The notes: generated from the sequence alone by a model not told the origin. A stretch of 64,000 nt of DNA from Thermoleophilia bacterium (GCA_052139595.1 JBKQWK010000216.1:327-64326), one strand, 5' to 3'; positions 28,024-38,222 are shown, numbered from the stretch's first letter. Translations and numbers: made by a program.

Positions 28024-29256
28024 GTGGCGGACGAGCTTGGCCACGCACGGCGGCAAGCTCCCGAGCCACGGGCAGTGCTCGTTGGCGTTTGCGGCGGCAT
28101 CGCCGTGTACAAGTCGGTGGAGCTGGTTCGCAGTCTTGTTAAGGCAGGCTTTGCACCTACCGTGATCACGACCGATGCGGCTAAACGCTTCGTCATGCCA
28201 CTTACCTTTGCGGCCATCTCGCAGCGGCCCGTGCTTGACGACGAGACTTCGTGGCAGGCCAGCGGCGGCTGGTTCAATCACATCGAGGCGGCCCGCCGGG
28301 CGAGCGTTTTGGTCGTCGCGCCAGCGACTGCTAACACGCTCGCCAAAATGGCGGCCGGAATGGCCGACAATCTTCTCACCGCCGCCTACCTTGCCTTTCG
28401 CGGACCGGTCATCGTCGCGCCGAGCATGAACTGGGCGATGTACGAGCACGCGGCGACACAAGAGAACCTGCGCGTGCTCGCTAAGCGTGGGGTAGAGGTG
28501 CTGGGCACTGGGCAAGGCGAACTCGCCTGTGGCGAAGCGGGCTCTGGACGCATGGCCGAGCCGGCAACGATCCTGCAGGCCGTGCGTCGTGCCCTTGCCG
28601 CTAGCGCCACTGGGCCCTTCGTCGGCCGCAAGGTCGTGGTCACTGCCGGTGGTACTCGCGAGCGTATCGATGCCGTCCGTTTCATTGGCAACCGCAGCAG
28701 CGGCAAAATGGGCCGCGCCATTGCCGACGAAGCCTATCTGCGCGGCGCCGACGTCGTGCTGATTGCGGCCGGCGAGGCGCCGCCGGCACCGTACCGGGTC
28801 CGAGCAGTTGAGGATGCGGCTGAGATGGCCGCAGTTGCGCAGGACGAGACGGCAGCAGCCGACGTGCTGGTCATGAGTGCTGCCGTGGCCGATTTCGCCC
28901 CGGTAGCGCCGCGCGACGACAAGATCGAGCGCGCCGATAAGCAAACCCTCACGCTCGACCTCGTGCGCACCACCGACGTGCTCATGTCGTGCGCGCGCCC
29001 GGGATTGCTGCGCGTCGGCTTCGCGGCTGAAGCTGGCCCGCAGCTCGCCCGTGCGCGCGCCAAGCGCCGCTCCAAAGGCTGCGAGCTGCTGGTTTACAAC
29101 GACATTCTCGCTGCCGGCATTGGTATCGGTGCCGATGAGAACGAGATCACGATCATCGGCGAACACGGTGAGCGACACGTGCCGCGGACCGCCAAGACGG
29201 TCTGCGCGCAGGTCGTGGTCGATGAAATCGCGCCTTTATTACCTCCGAGGGAGTGA
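28024..29256 (+). CDS. coaBC: bifunctional phosphopantothenoylcysteine decarboxylase / phosphopantothenate-cysteine ligase
   Basis: N-terminal flavoprotein domain (VLVGVCGGIAVYKSVELVRSL, PAMN motif) and C-terminal CoaB domain; 410 aa. Confidence 0.9.
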   Translation: MADELGHARRQAPEPRAVLVGVCGGIAVYKSVELVRSLVKAGFAPTVITTDAAKRFVMPLTFAAISQRPVLDDETSWQASGGWFNHIEAARRASVLVVAPATANTLAKMAAGMADNLLTAAYLAFRGPVIVAPSMNWAMYEHAATQENLRVLAKRGVEVLGTGQGELACGEAGSGRMAEPATILQAVRRALAASATGPFVGRKVVVTAGGTRERIDAVRFIGNRSSGKMGRAIADEAYLRGADVVLIAAGEAPPAPYRVRAVEDAAEMAAVAQDETAAADVLVMSAAVADFAPVAPRDDKIERADKQTLTLDLVRTTDVLMSCARPGLLRVGFAAEAGPQLARARAKRRSKGCELLVYNDILAAGIGIGADENEITIIGEHGERHVPRTAKTVCAQVVVDEIAPLLPPRE

Positions 29257-29259
29257 ACC

Positions 29260-29817
29260 ATGCAGCCAAGCCGTGAACAGGTCTGGGCGCTTCTTGAGGC
29301 CCAAGTAGCCAACGAGCATCTACGCCGCCACATGCTCGCCACCGAGGCCATCATGTACGCCTTGGCGCCACGTTTGGGCGGCGATCCGGTGGAGTGGTCA
29401 CTGGCCGGTCTCGGTCACGATCTTGACAGTGAACAGACCGAGGGGTTCAGGGAACGTCACGGTCTTGACGCCAGCGCCGCACTGGCTCGCCTGGGCGCGT
29501 CGGCAGAAGTCGTCCATGCGGTTGCGGCGCACAATCCAGCCACCGGTATAGTTGCCGAATCCGCAGTCGACATCGCCCTGCTGGCTGCCGATCAACTCAG
29601 CGGACTCATTACCGCGGCAGCCCTGGTGCGCCCCGACAAGTCACTCGCCGGCGTGCAGGTCAAATCGTTGCGCAAACGCTTCCGCGAGACTGCTTTTGCT
29701 CGCGGTGTCGACCGTCAGGCAATTCTCCGCTGCCAAGACCTCGATCTGCCTCTTGACGATTTTTTTGCCATCGGGCTGACGGCAATGCAGAGCATCGCTG
29801 CCGAACTCAGCTTGTGA
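29260..29817 (+). CDS. HD-domain metal-dependent phosphohydrolase
   Basis: H...HD motif (HMLATEA...AGLGHDLD); 185 aa. Confidence 0.7.
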   Translation: MQPSREQVWALLEAQVANEHLRRHMLATEAIMYALAPRLGGDPVEWSLAGLGHDLDSEQTEGFRERHGLDASAALARLGASAEVVHAVAAHNPATGIVAESAVDIALLAADQLSGLITAAALVRPDKSLAGVQVKSLRKRFRETAFARGVDRQAILRCQDLDLPLDDFFAIGLTAMQSIAAELSL

Positions 29818-29851
29818 ACGGCGCGCGAGTCGCCGACGGCTGCGCTTCTGA

Positions 29852-30277
29852 GTGCGCCCCACAGCCATAGTGCGCGCCAACGAGCAGCAGGGTGACTCCG
29901 CGGCCGCGGTTTCCGGCGATGGAGAAAAGGCGTATCAACTCTTTCAGCAGGCCAGTCAGTTCTTGAACGATGGTCATCCTGGAGCTGCAGCGCAGCTGCT
30001 TGAGCGCGCGCTGCGGCTGGAACCAGCGAAAGACTCTCTTCGTGAAGCACTGGGGCGCGCCTACTTTGCCTTGCACGAGTATGAGCGAGCCGCGCTCGAA
30101 TTCGCCGCGATCATCGACCATGTACCCGTCGACGACTACGCCCACTACGCCTTGGGGTGGACACTACTGAAGCTCGGCCACCGATCCCAGGCGCGCAAAC
30201 ACTTGCGCCTGGCGTTGACGTTGACTCCAACGAGTGAGCGCTATCGCCTCGCCCTGCGCGCGCTCGAAAAACGCTGA
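29852..30277 (+). CDS. tetratricopeptide repeat protein
   Basis: Three TPR-like helical repeats (ALGRAYFALHEYERAALEF...YALGWTLLKLGHRSQARKHL). Confidence 0.6.
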   Translation: MRPTAIVRANEQQGDSAAAVSGDGEKAYQLFQQASQFLNDGHPGAAAQLLERALRLEPAKDSLREALGRAYFALHEYERAALEFAAIIDHVPVDDYAHYALGWTLLKLGHRSQARKHLRLALTLTPTSERYRLALRALEKR

Positions 30278-30323
30278 AAGCAGGGCAGCGGGGCCGGTGC
30301 TGGGCGCAGCGTCGCGGCGAGCG

Positions 30324-31250
30324 TCAGCTCGCCGTCGTGCCCTGCGCCATGGCGCGTAAAATGGCGATGCGCTTTTGAATCGGCGGGTGCGTGTCGAATA
30401 AGCTGGCGTGCTCCTTGTCTTTCTTGCCGCGCAGCGGATTGGCGATGTAGAGATGAGCCGTCGCTCGATTGGCGGTCTTCAGGGAGTCGGGGTCGGCAGC
30501 GATCTTCTCGAGAGCACTGGCCAGCCCAAGCGGATTGCGCGTCAGCTCAACACCAGAGGCATCGGCCAGGTACTCGCGCCGGCGCGAAATGGCGAACTCG
30601 ACGAGGTAGGCAGCGATCGGCGCCAGGATGGCAAGCACAATCGCGACGACGAAGACGATCGCGTTGCCGCCGTTATTGTCGTTGCCACCGCGGCGGCCGC
30701 CGCCGAAGAACAAGGACGACCGCAAGAAGAAGTCACTCACCAGAGCAATCACGCCCACCAGTATGCCGATCAGGGTGGCGAAGCGAATATCGTAATTGCG
30801 CACGTGACTCATTTCGTGAGCCAGCACCCCCTGCAGCTCGTCACGGTTAAGGCGGTCGAGCAGGCCGCGGGTGACGGCGACTGAGGCGTGCTGCGGGTCA
30901 CGACCAGTGGCGAAGGCGTTTGGTGCTCCATCATTAATGATGTAGACCTTGGGCATGGGCAGACCAGCGGCGACGCGCATCTCGTCGACGACATCCCAGA
31001 GCATCGGGTTATCGTCATGCTCGATCTGCCGTGCACCGCTCACCGCCAATACCATCTTGTCGCCGGAGAAGTAACCGATGAGACTCCAGACGATAGTGAC
31101 GATGCCGAAGACGCCGAGCAAACCAAGGGCGCCGACGCTCGTGCCCAGCCAGGCCCGACCAATCACGTAGCCGATCAAGGCGAGAATCACGACCATGATG
31201 GCCATGAGGGCCCACGACGCGCGTTTGTTTCTGGCGATTTGCTGGTACAT
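30324..31250 (-). CDS. htpX: zinc metalloprotease HtpX (M48)
   Basis: HEMSHV HExxH motif, 4 TM segments, 308 aa. Confidence 0.9.
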   Translation of the reverse strand: MYQQIARNKRASWALMAIMVVILALIGYVIGRAWLGTSVGALGLLGVFGIVTIVWSLIGYFSGDKMVLAVSGARQIEHDDNPMLWDVVDEMRVAAGLPMPKVYIINDGAPNAFATGRDPQHASVAVTRGLLDRLNRDELQGVLAHEMSHVRNYDIRFATLIGILVGVIALVSDFFLRSSLFFGGGRRGGNDNNGGNAIVFVVAIVLAILAPIAAYLVEFAISRRREYLADASGVELTRNPLGLASALEKIAADPDSLKTANRATAHLYIANPLRGKKDKEHASLFDTHPPIQKRIAILRAMAQGTTAS

Positions 31251-31253
31251 GGC

Positions 31254-31814
31254 CTAGCGCAAGTTGACCTTCGGGACCTCTTTGTCGGCCTCGTCAGTCT
31301 GAAAGAACTGGCGCTCCTTGAAATTGAACATGCCCGCGATGATCGTCGTCGGGAAAGTCTGAATTTTGGTGTTGAAGCTCATGACACTATCGTTGTAGAA
31401 CTGGCGCGCGAAGCTGATCTTGTTTTCAGTCGTCGTCAGCTCTTCCTGCAGGGAGAGCACGTTCTGGTTGGCTTTCAGTTCGGGGTAGTTTTCGGCCACC
31501 GCGAACAGCGAGCGCAACGAGTTGGTCAGCGCGTTTTCGGCTTGCGCTTGAGCCTGCGGTCCCTGACTGCCGGCGGAAACTGCTGCAGCGCGCGCGTCAG
31601 TTACCTTGGTGAGCGTCTCTTGCTCGTACTGCATGTAATCTTTGACCGTCTCGACAAGGTTCGGAATGAGATCGTGACGACGCTTGAGCTGCACGTCGAT
31701 CTGGCTCCAGGCATTGTCGACCTGGTTGCGTTTGCGCACGAGGCTGTTGTACATGCCGGCGAAGATGGCCACCAGCAAGACCACGATCACAATAATAACG
31801 ATCGCTGCGATCAC
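31254..31814 (-). CDS. lemA: LemA family membrane protein
   Basis: N-terminal TM then NSLVRKRNQVDNAWSQIDVQLKRRHDLIPNLV; start GTG with AAAGGAG 7 nt upstream. The ORF track's longer N-terminus lacks an RBS. Confidence 0.85.
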   Translation of the reverse strand: MIAAIVIIVIVVLLVAIFAGMYNSLVRKRNQVDNAWSQIDVQLKRRHDLIPNLVETVKDYMQYEQETLTKVTDARAAAVSAGSQGPQAQAQAENALTNSLRSLFAVAENYPELKANQNVLSLQEELTTTENKISFARQFYNDSVMSFNTKIQTFPTTIIAGMFNFKERQFFQTDEADKEVPKVNLR

Positions 31815-31991
31815 GTGCGACTCCTTTCGGGACGTCCCTGACGAAAGAGTATTGTATGCGCACCGGGGAAGAAAGTCGCCTTGTGCTGCCCGCGCCGGCG
31901 GACCAGGGCGCATCGCTGCGGATAAATGTCCCTCACTTTGTTGCGACTCAAACGAGCTTCGCGGTCAGGCGTCGTGTACTCTGTTAGGCAA

Positions 31992-32795
31992 ATGCGCACC
32001 ACAAAAAGACTTCGCAACCTGATCTTCGTCGTTGTGGCGGCACTGCTGCCGCTGCTCGTCGCCCTGGGCGGCTGGGCGCTCATCACGGGGCGTTCGCACG
32101 CCAGCGGCACCCGGCAGAGCCGGGCAATCGTCGCTCTGCCGACTCCAGCGGCGACGAGTTCGACCGCCGCTGCCGCACCGGTGGTCGAGCACTGGATGGT
32201 GGGCAAGGCGACGCAGCCGCTGGTCGTGCGTGACGCCCCTGCCGCCAACGCGGTCGTCAAATGGCGCCTACCGGTGGTCAATGTCAACGGCTACCCACAG
32301 CTGGTGCTCGTTGACGCCGTGCGCGAGATAGGCGGCGTGACTTGGTACGACGTCTCCGTTGCCATGCGACCCAACGAGAGTCATGGCTGGATTCGCGAAG
32401 GCAGTCTTGCCTTTTATCAGGTCACGACGCATATCGAAGTCAACCTGACGGAGCGCCGGCTGAATGTCTATACCGCCGGCGCCCTGGTGGGATCGTTTCG
32501 CGTTGGCATCGGCGAGTCTCAATACCCCACACCCACCGGTCACTTCTTCATCAACCAGAAGCTCAGGCCGAGTACAATCAACGGACCATACGGCGTGCTG
32601 GCTCTGGGCATCAGCGCTTTTCAGCCGAAGCTGTCGTTCTGGCCCCAGGGCGGCCCCGTGGCCATCCACGGCACCAATCAGCCAGCGCTTGTCGGGCAGC
32701 CCGTCAGCCATGGCTGTTTGCGTATGACGAATCACGACATCCTTCTGGTGAGCGCCTTGGCGCCCGCCGGCACGCCGGTCTACATTCACAAGTAG
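31992..32795 (+). CDS. L,D-transpeptidase (YkuD family) with an N-terminal membrane anchor
   Basis: C-terminal catalytic motif SHGCLRMTNHDI; start at ATG MRTTKRLRNL. Confidence 0.85.
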   Translation: MRTTKRLRNLIFVVVAALLPLLVALGGWALITGRSHASGTRQSRAIVALPTPAATSSTAAAAPVVEHWMVGKATQPLVVRDAPAANAVVKWRLPVVNVNGYPQLVLVDAVREIGGVTWYDVSVAMRPNESHGWIREGSLAFYQVTTHIEVNLTERRLNVYTAGALVGSFRVGIGESQYPTPTGHFFINQKLRPSTINGPYGVLALGISAFQPKLSFWPQGGPVAIHGTNQPALVGQPVSHGCLRMTNHDILLVSALAPAGTPVYIHK

Positions 32796-32847
32796 TCGCA
32801 GTCGCGCCCAGCGCGTCGGCTACGTGCGCCTGCCTGACCGGTTGTGC

Positions 32848-33132
32848 TCACCAGTATTCGCCCTGCTCCATCTTCATATCGTGGGCCTTGCACTTGGGAC
32901 ACGTGTAGGAGGCGGCCTTGTCGAGGAAGAAGAGTTCTGCGCCACACTTCACGCAGGTGAACTCGTCGATCATCAAATCGGCGCCGGTCAGGTCGACCTC
33001 GACGATCGTGCCACACTCAACGCAATAAGCGGGCATGAAGCGGATGCGCGCGTCGGTCGCACTTACCCCCCAACGCACACGCGCAGCGGTGTAACCGCAG
33101 TTCCGGCAAATGAAAGTCGTGTATTCACCCAT
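32848..33132 (-). CDS. hypothetical 4xCxxC zinc-ribbon protein
   Basis: FICRNCGY...YCVECG...FTCVKCG...YTCPKCK: four CxxC pairs in 94 aa. Start assigned at MGEYTTF. Confidence 0.55.
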   Translation of the reverse strand: MGEYTTFICRNCGYTAARVRWGVSATDARIRFMPAYCVECGTIVEVDLTGADLMIDEFTCVKCGAELFFLDKAASYTCPKCKAHDMKMEQGEYW

Positions 33133-33272
33133 GCTCACATCCCGCCCGATTATCGTGCATTCGTATAGACGCACTATCGGCAGACGGTGGACCATGGTTG
33201 AGGGCGGCAGGGGCCACTTGAGAGACCTCTGTCGTTATCGGCGCGGACACGGTGTCCGGGCAGTCGAGACTC

Positions 33273-33301
33273 TTGTTGGCTCTATGGCCCAGTGGTATAC
33301 T
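33273..33301 (+). promoter_or_regulatory. candidate promoter of the rimP-nusA-infB operon (TTGTTG-17-TGG-TATACT, extended -10)
   Basis: -35 at 33273-33278, TGn at 33293-33295, -10 at 33296-33301. Confidence 0.45.
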
Positions 33302-33343
33302 CACGAGCAGTTACTAAACACCCGGGAGCGAACTCTGTGAGAA

Positions 33344-33370
33344 AGTGGGTCCGATGCCCACTTTTGTGTT
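33344..33370 (+). promoter_or_regulatory. terminator-like hairpin plus U-tract inside the rimP/nusA leader (candidate attenuator)
   Basis: AGUGGG-uccgaug-CCCACU followed by UUUGUGUU, 15 nt before the rimP ATG. Confidence 0.4.
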
Positions 33371-33384
33371 GTAAGGGGTCAAGC

Positions 33385-33849
33385 ATGGCAGAGTCACGCG
33401 AGCAGCTCGAAACACAGGTCGAGAGCGTTTTGGCGCGCAAGTTCCCGGCGATTGAACTCGTAGACCTCGAGGTGCGCGGCGGCGGCTCACCAACGCTGGC
33501 GCTGTTTATCGACCGTCCCGGCGGTGTCGATCTCGATCTCTGTACGACAGTCGCGCGGGCTTTCGACGATCTGCGCGACCGCTATGTGATCGAGGTCTCA
33601 TCGCCGGGTCTGAATCGTCGTCTGCGCAAGCCGGCGCACTTTGTCGCCGCTCTCGGCAGCGATGTCGCTGTGCGCACAACTGCTCCGCGCGATGGGCACA
33701 GGAACTGGCAGGGTCGCCTCGCCGCCGCTGAGGACGAGACGATCACGCTTGCACTTCAACAGGGTGAGACCATGACCATCCCCTTGGCGGCAATAGCGCG
33801 AGCGCATGTGCTGTACAACTTCAAGGCTAACGGAGGCCAACGTGAGTAG
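33385..33849 (+). CDS. rimP: ribosome maturation factor RimP
   Basis: MAESREQLETQVESVLARKFPAIELVDLEV...IEVSSPGLNRRL; sits upstream of nusA. Confidence 0.85.
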   Translation: MAESREQLETQVESVLARKFPAIELVDLEVRGGGSPTLALFIDRPGGVDLDLCTTVARAFDDLRDRYVIEVSSPGLNRRLRKPAHFVAALGSDVAVRTTAPRDGHRNWQGRLAAAEDETITLALQQGETMTIPLAAIARAHVLYNFKANGGQRE

Positions 33850-35113
33850 AGAGATCATCGAGGCTCTACGACAGATAGAGAAAGAGAAGGGCATCCGCTT
33901 CGACACGTTGGTCGGCGCGCTTGAAGACGCGCTTCACTCGGCGTACAAGAAAACACCCGAAGCTGTGGAACACGCCAAAGTCGAGATCGATCCCGAGACC
34001 GGCGACATGCGCGTCTTTCAGCTCATCTTTCCTGATCATGTCGATGTTGAAGCTCTCAAGGTTATCAATGAGGACGGCGAAGAGATCGGACTCGACCTGA
34101 GTGGCGTTGATGAGAGCGAGATTGAAAAGATCGAGGTCACGCCAGAGGACTTTGGACGTATTGCGGCGCAGACAGCGAAGCAGGTCATTCTGCAACGCAT
34201 TCGCGAGGCAGAACGAGACATCATGTTTGACGAATACGTTGACCGCGTGGGCGAACTCGTCACCGGCATCGTGCAGCAGAGCGATTCGCGTTACACGCTG
34301 GTTGAGCTGGGCCGTGTCGAAGCGTTACTGCCCAAGAGCGAGCAAATCGACAATGAACGCTATGACCACGGTGCTCGCGTCAAGGCAGTGATCGTCAAAG
34401 TGCAGAACTCGAGCAAGGGACCGCAGGTGATCCTCTCGCGGCGCAGCGACGAACTCGTCAAAAAGCTGTTCGAACTCGAGGTCCCCGAAGTCGCCGACGG
34501 ACTCGTCGAGATTCGCAACGTCGCTCGCGAGCCGGGCCTGCGCTGCAAGATCGCAGTCGTCTCGCACGCCGATGGAGTAGACCCCGTCGGTGCTTGTGTG
34601 GGACCGCGGGGTTCGCGCGTACGTATGGTCGTCAGTGAGCTGCGCGGCGAACGCATCGACATCGTCCCGTACCATGAAGACGCAGCCCGGTTCGTCGCCA
34701 AAGCGCTCTCGCCGGCGCGGGTGCGCGAAGTGCTGGTGGATGACGAAGCGCGAGCGGCGACAATCGTCGTGCCCGATGACCAGTTACCGCTGGCAATCGG
34801 CAAAGATGGTCAGAACGCGCGCCTGGCAAGCAAGCTCACTGGCTGGCGCATTGACATCAAGAGTCAGACCGAGATGGCGCAAGCGGATGCAGACTCGTCG
34901 TTTGACGACGAGGATCAAGGCGTCACCGGTCAGTGCACGGCCGTCATGGTCAGTGGCAAGCGTTGCCCCAACCAGTCGCTGCCGGGCAGTCGTTTCTGCA
35001 GCATGCACGCCGCGCAAGGAGCTGCCAACGAAGCCCCTGCCGCTCAAGTTGAGGCAGCGACGGCGTCAACAGTCGAGGCTTCTGGCGAAAGCGGTAGCAC
35101 GGAGGGGGAGTGA
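33842..35113 (+). CDS. nusA: transcription termination/antitermination factor NusA with a C-terminal Cys/His extension
   Basis: NTD, S1 and KH1/KH2 domains (GACVGPRGSRVRMV...LAIGKDGQNARLASKLTGWRIDIK), then a C-terminal tail CTAVMVSGKRCPNQSLPGSRFCSMH. Confidence 0.9.
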   Translation: MSREIIEALRQIEKEKGIRFDTLVGALEDALHSAYKKTPEAVEHAKVEIDPETGDMRVFQLIFPDHVDVEALKVINEDGEEIGLDLSGVDESEIEKIEVTPEDFGRIAAQTAKQVILQRIREAERDIMFDEYVDRVGELVTGIVQQSDSRYTLVELGRVEALLPKSEQIDNERYDHGARVKAVIVKVQNSSKGPQVILSRRSDELVKKLFELEVPEVADGLVEIRNVAREPGLRCKIAVVSHADGVDPVGACVGPRGSRVRMVVSELRGERIDIVPYHEDAARFVAKALSPARVREVLVDDEARAATIVVPDDQLPLAIGKDGQNARLASKLTGWRIDIKSQTEMAQADADSSFDDEDQGVTGQCTAVMVSGKRCPNQSLPGSRFCSMHAAQGAANEAPAAQVEAATASTVEASGESGSTEGE

Positions 35114-35116
35114 CCC

Positions 35117-35416
35117 GTGGCAATGCCTGAACGCACGTGCGTGGGCTGCCGTCAGCGACATCCCCAGGATGAACTCGTGCGCTTTGTGGCCACGAACGGC
35201 CACCTTCGTTTAGCTGGCGAGGCGTCTCCCGGCCGGGGCGCATACGTGTGTGTCGACCAGGCATGTTTTACCAAGGCCCAGGCACGGCGGGCGTTCAGCC
35301 ATGCCCTGCACCAGTCAATAGAGATTGACAGTTCTGTGGGCGAGGCGTTCGCCCAAGTCTGTCTGCCTAAGGAGAAAGGCGGTGAGGTGAGTGCCGAAAA
35401 GAACACGTGTTTCTGA
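35117..35416 (+). CDS. ylxR: YlxR family RNA-binding protein (DUF448)
   Basis: PERTCVGCRQRHPQDELVRFV; conserved position between nusA and infB. Confidence 0.8.
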   Translation: MAMPERTCVGCRQRHPQDELVRFVATNGHLRLAGEASPGRGAYVCVDQACFTKAQARRAFSHALHQSIEIDSSVGEAFAQVCLPKEKGGEVSAEKNTCF

Positions 35417-37484
35417 CATCGCCAAGCAGCGTAATAGCAGCGTCGACGACGTCCTCGCTCATCTCAAAACAGCGGGTATCGAAGTCGTCGACGGTCATGT
35501 GACGGTCGACGATGACGTGATCGAGAAGGCCTATAGGGCGGCTCCCGCCGCGGTGGCGCCGCGGCGCTCGCGGCCGGCGCCACCCGGAGCCGGCAGCAAG
35601 CGCCGCCGCGTCGTCATCGACGCCGGTGCTTCGCGACGCGGCGGTGGCCCGCAGAAAGGCCCGCGCGACCGTCGCGACCGTCGCTCGCGCCACGGCCGCG
35701 ATGACCAGCAGGCGGCCGTCATAGATCCTAAGCAAGTCGTCAAGGTACCTTCTGGTGCCACCGTCAAAGACGTTTCTCAGCTTCTCGGCGTATCAACCAG
35801 CGAGATCATCAAGATCATGATGGCCTACGGCGAAATGGTCACGATCACCGTGACCCTGTCGGATGAGGCGATCGAGATTCTGGCCAACGACCTCGGGCGC
35901 ATCGTCGAGATCACGCGCGCCGCCGACGAAGAGGCCGAGCTAGAAGCTGAGGAGCACGACGACCCGGCCGATCTGCTGCCGCGGGCGCCAGTCATCACCG
36001 TCATGGGTCATGTCGATCACGGCAAGACGAGCCTGCTCGACGCCATTCGCCAGACCGAAGTCGCCGCTGGCGAGGCCGGTGGCATCACTCAACATATCGG
36101 CGCCTATCAGGTCGTGCACGAAGATCGGCCAATCACCTTTATCGATACACCGGGGCACGAGGCTTTTACCGCCATGCGCGCACGCGGCGCCAAGGTCACC
36201 GACATTGCCGCGATCGTTGTCGCCGCTGATGACGGAGTCATGCCGCAGACCGTCGAGGCGATTGATCACGCCAAGGCTGCACAGGTACCCATGGTCATCG
36301 TCGTCAATAAGATCGATAAACCAGACGCGAATACTGAGAAGATCAAGCAGCAGCTCACCGAGTATGGCATCGTGCCTGAAGAGTGGGGTGGCGAGAATAT
36401 CTTCGTCGAGGCCAGCGCCAAGAAGCGGCTCGGTCTCGACAACTTCCTCGAGATGTTGCTGCTCGTTGCCGAGGTCGCCGACCTGAAAGCCAACCCGAAT
36501 GCCCCGGCCAGCGGCTACATCATTGAATCCAAGATCGACCCTGGCCGCGGCGTGGTGGCAACCATGCTCGTCGGGCGCGGCACGATTCATGTCGGCGACG
36601 CGATCGTGGCCGGCGAGGCCGCTGGCCGAGTGCGTGCCCTGCGCAACTTCCGCGGCGCGCCGATCACCGCTGGCGGGCCTAGCACTCCGGTCGAGATCAT
36701 CGGTTTTGATGAAGTGCCGAACGCGGGTGAGTTCTGCCGCGTCGTCAAGGATGAACGCATGGCCCGCTCGCTGGCCAATAAGCGCGCCAACCGGCTCAAG
36801 GCTGAATCGTTGGCCAAACAGCGCGCTCTTACCCTCGACGACCTCTTTGCGCGCATCGCCGAAGGCGAAGTGCGCGATCTCAATCTGGTTGTCAAGGCCG
36901 ACGTACAGGGCAGCCTGGAGGCGCTCACGGACGCGCTCAACCAGATCAAGCACGCCGAGGTGAAGGTAAATGTGATTCACTCCGGCGTCGGCGCCATCAC
37001 CGAGTCAGACATCATGCTGGCCAGCGCCTCGCAGGCCATCATTATCGGCTTCAACGTGCGCCCCAACGCGCCGGCGCAGTCCTTGGCCGAGGCCGAAGGC
37101 GTCGATGTGCGCACGTATCGCGTCATCTACAAAGTCACCGAGGATGTGCGCGCCGCGCTGGTGGGCATGCTCAAGCCCGAACAGGTCGAGAACGTGCTCG
37201 GCCACGCTGAGGTGCGCCAGGTATTCAAGGCGTCACGCTTGGGCAGTATCGCTGGTTGCATGGTTACTCACGGCACAATCACGCGCAATGCCAGCATCCG
37301 CGTGCTACGCAACGGCGTCGTTGTGCACGACGGTAAGATGGCTTCGTTGAAGCGCTTTGCCGAAGACGTGCGCGAAGCTCAGGAAGGATTTGAGTGCGGC
37401 ATCCTGCTCGATGGCTTCAACGACCTCAAAGAAGGGGACGTCCTCGAAGCTTATGAGACCAGGGAAGTCGCCCGTGCCGGCTGA
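35391..37484 (+). CDS. infB: translation initiation factor IF-2
   Basis: G-domain motifs [26 protein letters not shown]; 697 aa. Confidence 0.95.
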   Translation: MPKRTRVSDIAKQRNSSVDDVLAHLKTAGIEVVDGHVTVDDDVIEKAYRAAPAAVAPRRSRPAPPGAGSKRRRVVIDAGASRRGGGPQKGPRDRRDRRSRHGRDDQQAAVIDPKQVVKVPSGATVKDVSQLLGVSTSEIIKIMMAYGEMVTITVTLSDEAIEILANDLGRIVEITRAADEEAELEAEEHDDPADLLPRAPVITVMGHVDHGKTSLLDAIRQTEVAAGEAGGITQHIGAYQVVHEDRPITFIDTPGHEAFTAMRARGAKVTDIAAIVVAADDGVMPQTVEAIDHAKAAQVPMVIVVNKIDKPDANTEKIKQQLTEYGIVPEEWGGENIFVEASAKKRLGLDNFLEMLLLVAEVADLKANPNAPASGYIIESKIDPGRGVVATMLVGRGTIHVGDAIVAGEAAGRVRALRNFRGAPITAGGPSTPVEIIGFDEVPNAGEFCRVVKDERMARSLANKRANRLKAESLAKQRALTLDDLFARIAEGEVRDLNLVVKADVQGSLEALTDALNQIKHAEVKVNVIHSGVGAITESDIMLASASQAIIIGFNVRPNAPAQSLAEAEGVDVRTYRVIYKVTEDVRAALVGMLKPEQVENVLGHAEVRQVFKASRLGSIAGCMVTHGTITRNASIRVLRNGVVVHDGKMASLKRFAEDVREAQEGFECGILLDGFNDLKEGDVLEAYETREVARAG

Positions 37485-37806
37485 AAGTGGGTACATTGGC
37501 GTACTGCTCGTTACGCTCGTCTTTGCGGACAGCCATTCGCTGAAGGACAAACGCAAACCGATCAGCTCGCTCCGCGACGTGGTGCACACCCGCTTTCATG
37601 CATCATTCGCCGAGGTCGGTCATCAGGACGCCTGGCAACGAGCCGCAGTGCTCATCACTCTGGCCGCGTCGGCGGCGGCGTTGGCGCACCAACGACTCGA
37701 CGAAATTGATCGATATCTGCATGCACAGGCCTACGATGTGGCAGCGACGCACATCAAGAGCGTGGACGCCGTGGAGGCGTTATGGGAATCAGACTCCTTA
37801 AGGTAA
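37474..37806 (+). CDS. DUF503 family protein (YlxP-like)
   Basis: YIGVLLVTLVFADSHSLKDKRKPISSLRDVVHTRFHASFAEVGHQDAWQRAAV aligns with the B. subtilis YlxP family. GTG start overlaps the infB stop. Confidence 0.75.
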   Translation: MPAESGYIGVLLVTLVFADSHSLKDKRKPISSLRDVVHTRFHASFAEVGHQDAWQRAAVLITLAASAAALAHQRLDEIDRYLHAQAYDVAATHIKSVDAVEALWESDSLR

Positions 37807-38222
37807 ACGAGAGCATTCGCGAGATTGTCTCCAGCGAACTCACCAGCATAAACGATCCGCGGTGCGGGTTCGTTACCGTGACCGGGGTAGAGACGAGCGC
37901 CGATCTACGCCACGCCAAGGTGTTTGTCAGCGTCCTCGGTAAACAGAAGGATCGCGATGCCTCCCTGACGGCTCTGCGCGCGGCGCATGGTTTGCTGCAG
38001 AGTCGCGTCGCCGCGGCCCTGCGTATGAAGCGTACGCCACAGCTTGAGTTTGTTTACGACGAGACTGTCGATACCGCGATGCGTGTCGAAGGCCTGATCC
38101 GCCGCTATGAGGCGGAGATTGCGGCGCGACCGCCACGCGACGAGGCAGGCGACGACGAAGCGAGCGGCGAAAATGAGCTGCCCGCCGAAAGGGCACTGCC
38201 CGAGCCGACGGAGGAAGCGTGA
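37782..38222 (+). CDS. rbfA: ribosome-binding factor A
   Basis: NESIREIVSSELTSINDPRCGFVTVTGVETSADLRHAKVFVSVLG. Confidence 0.88.
   Translation: MGIRLLKVNESIREIVSSELTSINDPRCGFVTVTGVETSADLRHAKVFVSVLGKQKDRDASLTALRAAHGLLQSRVAAALRMKRTPQLEFVYDETVDTAMRVEGLIRRYEAEIAARPPRDEAGDDEASGENELPAERALPEPTEEA

Noticed and set aside
35391-35416. L7Ae-family gene (ylxQ) between ylxR and infB, as in Firmicutes.
   Set aside because: ylxR and infB overlap directly and no such ORF exists.
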